Assembly: GCF_009914755.1 (NCBI RefSeq)
Contig: NC_060932.1
DNA from: the human T2T-CHM13v2.0 reference genome, Homo sapiens
Length of the DNA stretch: 64,000 nucleotides
Direction: 5' to 3' (one strand)
The notes beneath the pieces are model-generated. The model did no database searches and was not told where the DNA came from. It saw only the letters and a list, made by a program, of their open reading frames with translations. The position numbers were made by a program, and so were the translations under genes. The first letter of the stretch is position 1, and each line of letters starts with the position of its first letter. Below, piece by piece: positions 60,870 through 64,000 of the stretch.

Positions 60870-61476
60870 AAAATCGAAGGTTCTGTTCTGTTTTGCATTG
60901 TGTTATCTGTCCGTTTGGAGTTTTGGGGGTATCAAATTAGTTCACTTTAGGAGAGGGCTTTGTGTAATAACTAGGTAAGAAATACACTTTAAGAGATGGC
61001 TAACAATAATTGTAAATCAGAGAAGCATGCTCTTGGCCACCTGAAAGATATGGAAACATTCCCACTCCCCACTGAGAGATGAGAATCCCATGGGGGATGG
61101 GCTGATTATGAAATAAGCTGATTGGCTTTGAGTTGCCTTGCAATGAAATGCATGGTAGAAGCACTGCACTGTCTTCTCCCATAGTATCTCCCTCCTTTAG
61201 GGGATCCAAAATCCAGTATAAAATGGCACCCTTAATTTGGGGGATCTGTCTTTGCCTTCAGCTGTGCTTGTTTATTACACCCTAGAAATGCCTGCCTGCC
61301 TGGCCCTGTTTCTCCAAGGGCTCCACCCTGAAGCCAGTAATCCAGTTAAGAAACTGCCAAATGAAAAATCCTACAAATGCTGAACCTTCTGTCTGTTTGT
61401 GTCACTATATATGTGTTGTGTGTAATGTCTATAAAAAGAGCTCTAATTGATTGGCTTAAAGAAAAATAAGCACTTT

Positions 61477-61813
<337 letters not shown>

Positions 61814-62078
61814 TCATGTGACTTTAATCTTTAAGAAATAAAGAATAGTCTTAAGGATTATTGGTAAAATGCAAGTATCATCAAAATGCAAATAGGTGGT
61901 CTAAATTATACAACTTAGATACTAGGTTTGCTACATGTTCTAAGGTTGTATACTGCCTGCTTCAGGAAAGGTAAGGCCTGGAACACATGGAGCTAGATGC
62001 TGGAAAGAGTCAAACTTTATCTGCACTCTGTCTGGGTCCTAGGCTCCACACCTGGTACATAATTAAAATTGCTTACTA

Positions 62079-62381
<303 letters not shown>

Positions 62382-63566
62382 TTAGATGGTATTGTCTATA
62401 AGGTTTCTTTTAAGCAGTTTGAAGTTAACATTACTAAATTAATGAAATTAATGCAAGGGTAAAATTTGGCTTTGAACAGGATTTTCATGTAATAGTAAAG
62501 GCTAATGAAAGGTTTTTGCCTTTTGAGTCATCATTTTGGCAAAACGAATAATTTATGGCAGTTTGGAATTCGATTTCATCATCCCAAAATCAAACTCCAA
62601 GTTTCAAAATTGTTTTTCCTGATTCCTGGCTTTCTGGATGGCTCAGAGGGCCTCTGAAACATCTAGAGAAGAGGTGAACAGGATTATTTGACATGTTTAG
62701 TTACATGGGATTGCTAAAATGATTGCTAAAAATCTTCTTTAGGTTATATTTTGGTGAATAATACTGATATATTTTCTAAAATTGTATGGGGTTTGTAAAA
62801 TTCTAATGTCTGAATATATGCTATCAATCATAATTAAGGGTAAAGTTATTGTAAGCCGCAGAGATAAATGAACTCCTTTGTCTGTCATGTTTTTAACTGT
62901 ATCTATCCTGGAAATTTTGTTTACAGATAATTGTTGTCTTGCTTGGTTCCTTCTCAAAAGATGGGTTATAATCAAGCTATATTAAGGACTTTACTAGGTA
63001 TTCTCAACTGCGAGTTTTTAATAGCTTTGAAGATTGTAACATTGAAATAGATAAAGAATGTATGGGACTCATGAAGAACTGAAATGTTCATGTATGTCAA
63101 GCAAAACAAGAGTTAACTAAATGGACTGCACTCAGAAAGTTAAAGCAACCTTTTTGACTTTTGCTTGAAATATTGCTGATCCTTGTTTCATTTTTGAGTT
63201 GAGAAAACTTATTTTGAACTATTTATGGCCTTTAATAACTGAGTAAGGCATACTCCTGTGAACAAAATTTGGAGCATGTTTGTTTCTCTCTGCCTGGTTC
63301 CTCTAGAATTTTGAAACTATATGTAAATATGCTTAACTTATGGCAATATAGTTGTTTGCAGCAATGTAATAGGAATCCATTTTTTTTCCCCAAGAGGACA
63401 CAATTGTAAAAACTGGTTATTTCATCAAGGCTTTGACTGGAAGTGTATGCTTCCCTTTAAGGAGTCAATCTCAACTTGCAGAGCCAATAAAAGCCCTATA
63501 GAGAGAACTGGCCTCATACCTTGCCTACACAGTCCCTGCACAGGGTTTCTAACCTGTGGTCAGTAA

Positions 63567-63902
<336 letters not shown>

Positions 63903-64000
63903 TAACAGGTCCAGGAGCTCCCAATTTATCTTGGGACCTTAAGAGAAAAGGATCACCCAACTCACAGGTATTTGAGGATACAAACCCATGGCTGAGCTCA

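Overview
Human/primate-type, repeat-dense genomic DNA. I found no intact protein-coding gene: every long ORF in the track traces to L1, Alu, ERV or simple-repeat sequence, except a frameshifted processed pseudogene. Main contents: (1) an intronless, decayed CDCA8/Borealin retrocopy on the minus strand (~23.8-26.45 kb), with a ~550-bp nearly pure-purine (GGA)n tract in its putative 3'UTR; (2) a 33-nt tailless U2 snRNA retrocopy inserted into an Alu with a 13-bp target-site duplication (TSD); (3) two L1PA4/5-like elements ~23 kb apart that share many non-consensus substitutions, including an ORF2 nonsense change. One is twin-primed (5'-inverted), the other carries a 229-bp templated ORF2 duplication, and neither has a poly(A) tail; (4) a ~12-kb near-full-length old L1MB-like element hosting five nested insertions; (5) a MER44 DNA transposon with nested Alus and a MER4 solo LTR; (6) the 5' part of an ERV1 (MER4-group) provirus with LTR, PBS-like site and gag relic, inserted into an L1PB and itself carrying an L1PA3 stub and Alus. 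I see no evidence for a new multi-gene system. The interesting signal is retrotransposition mechanism and history. Subfamily names come from recalled consensus motifs and need RepeatMasker/Dfam confirmation. Coordinates of old repeats are approximate.
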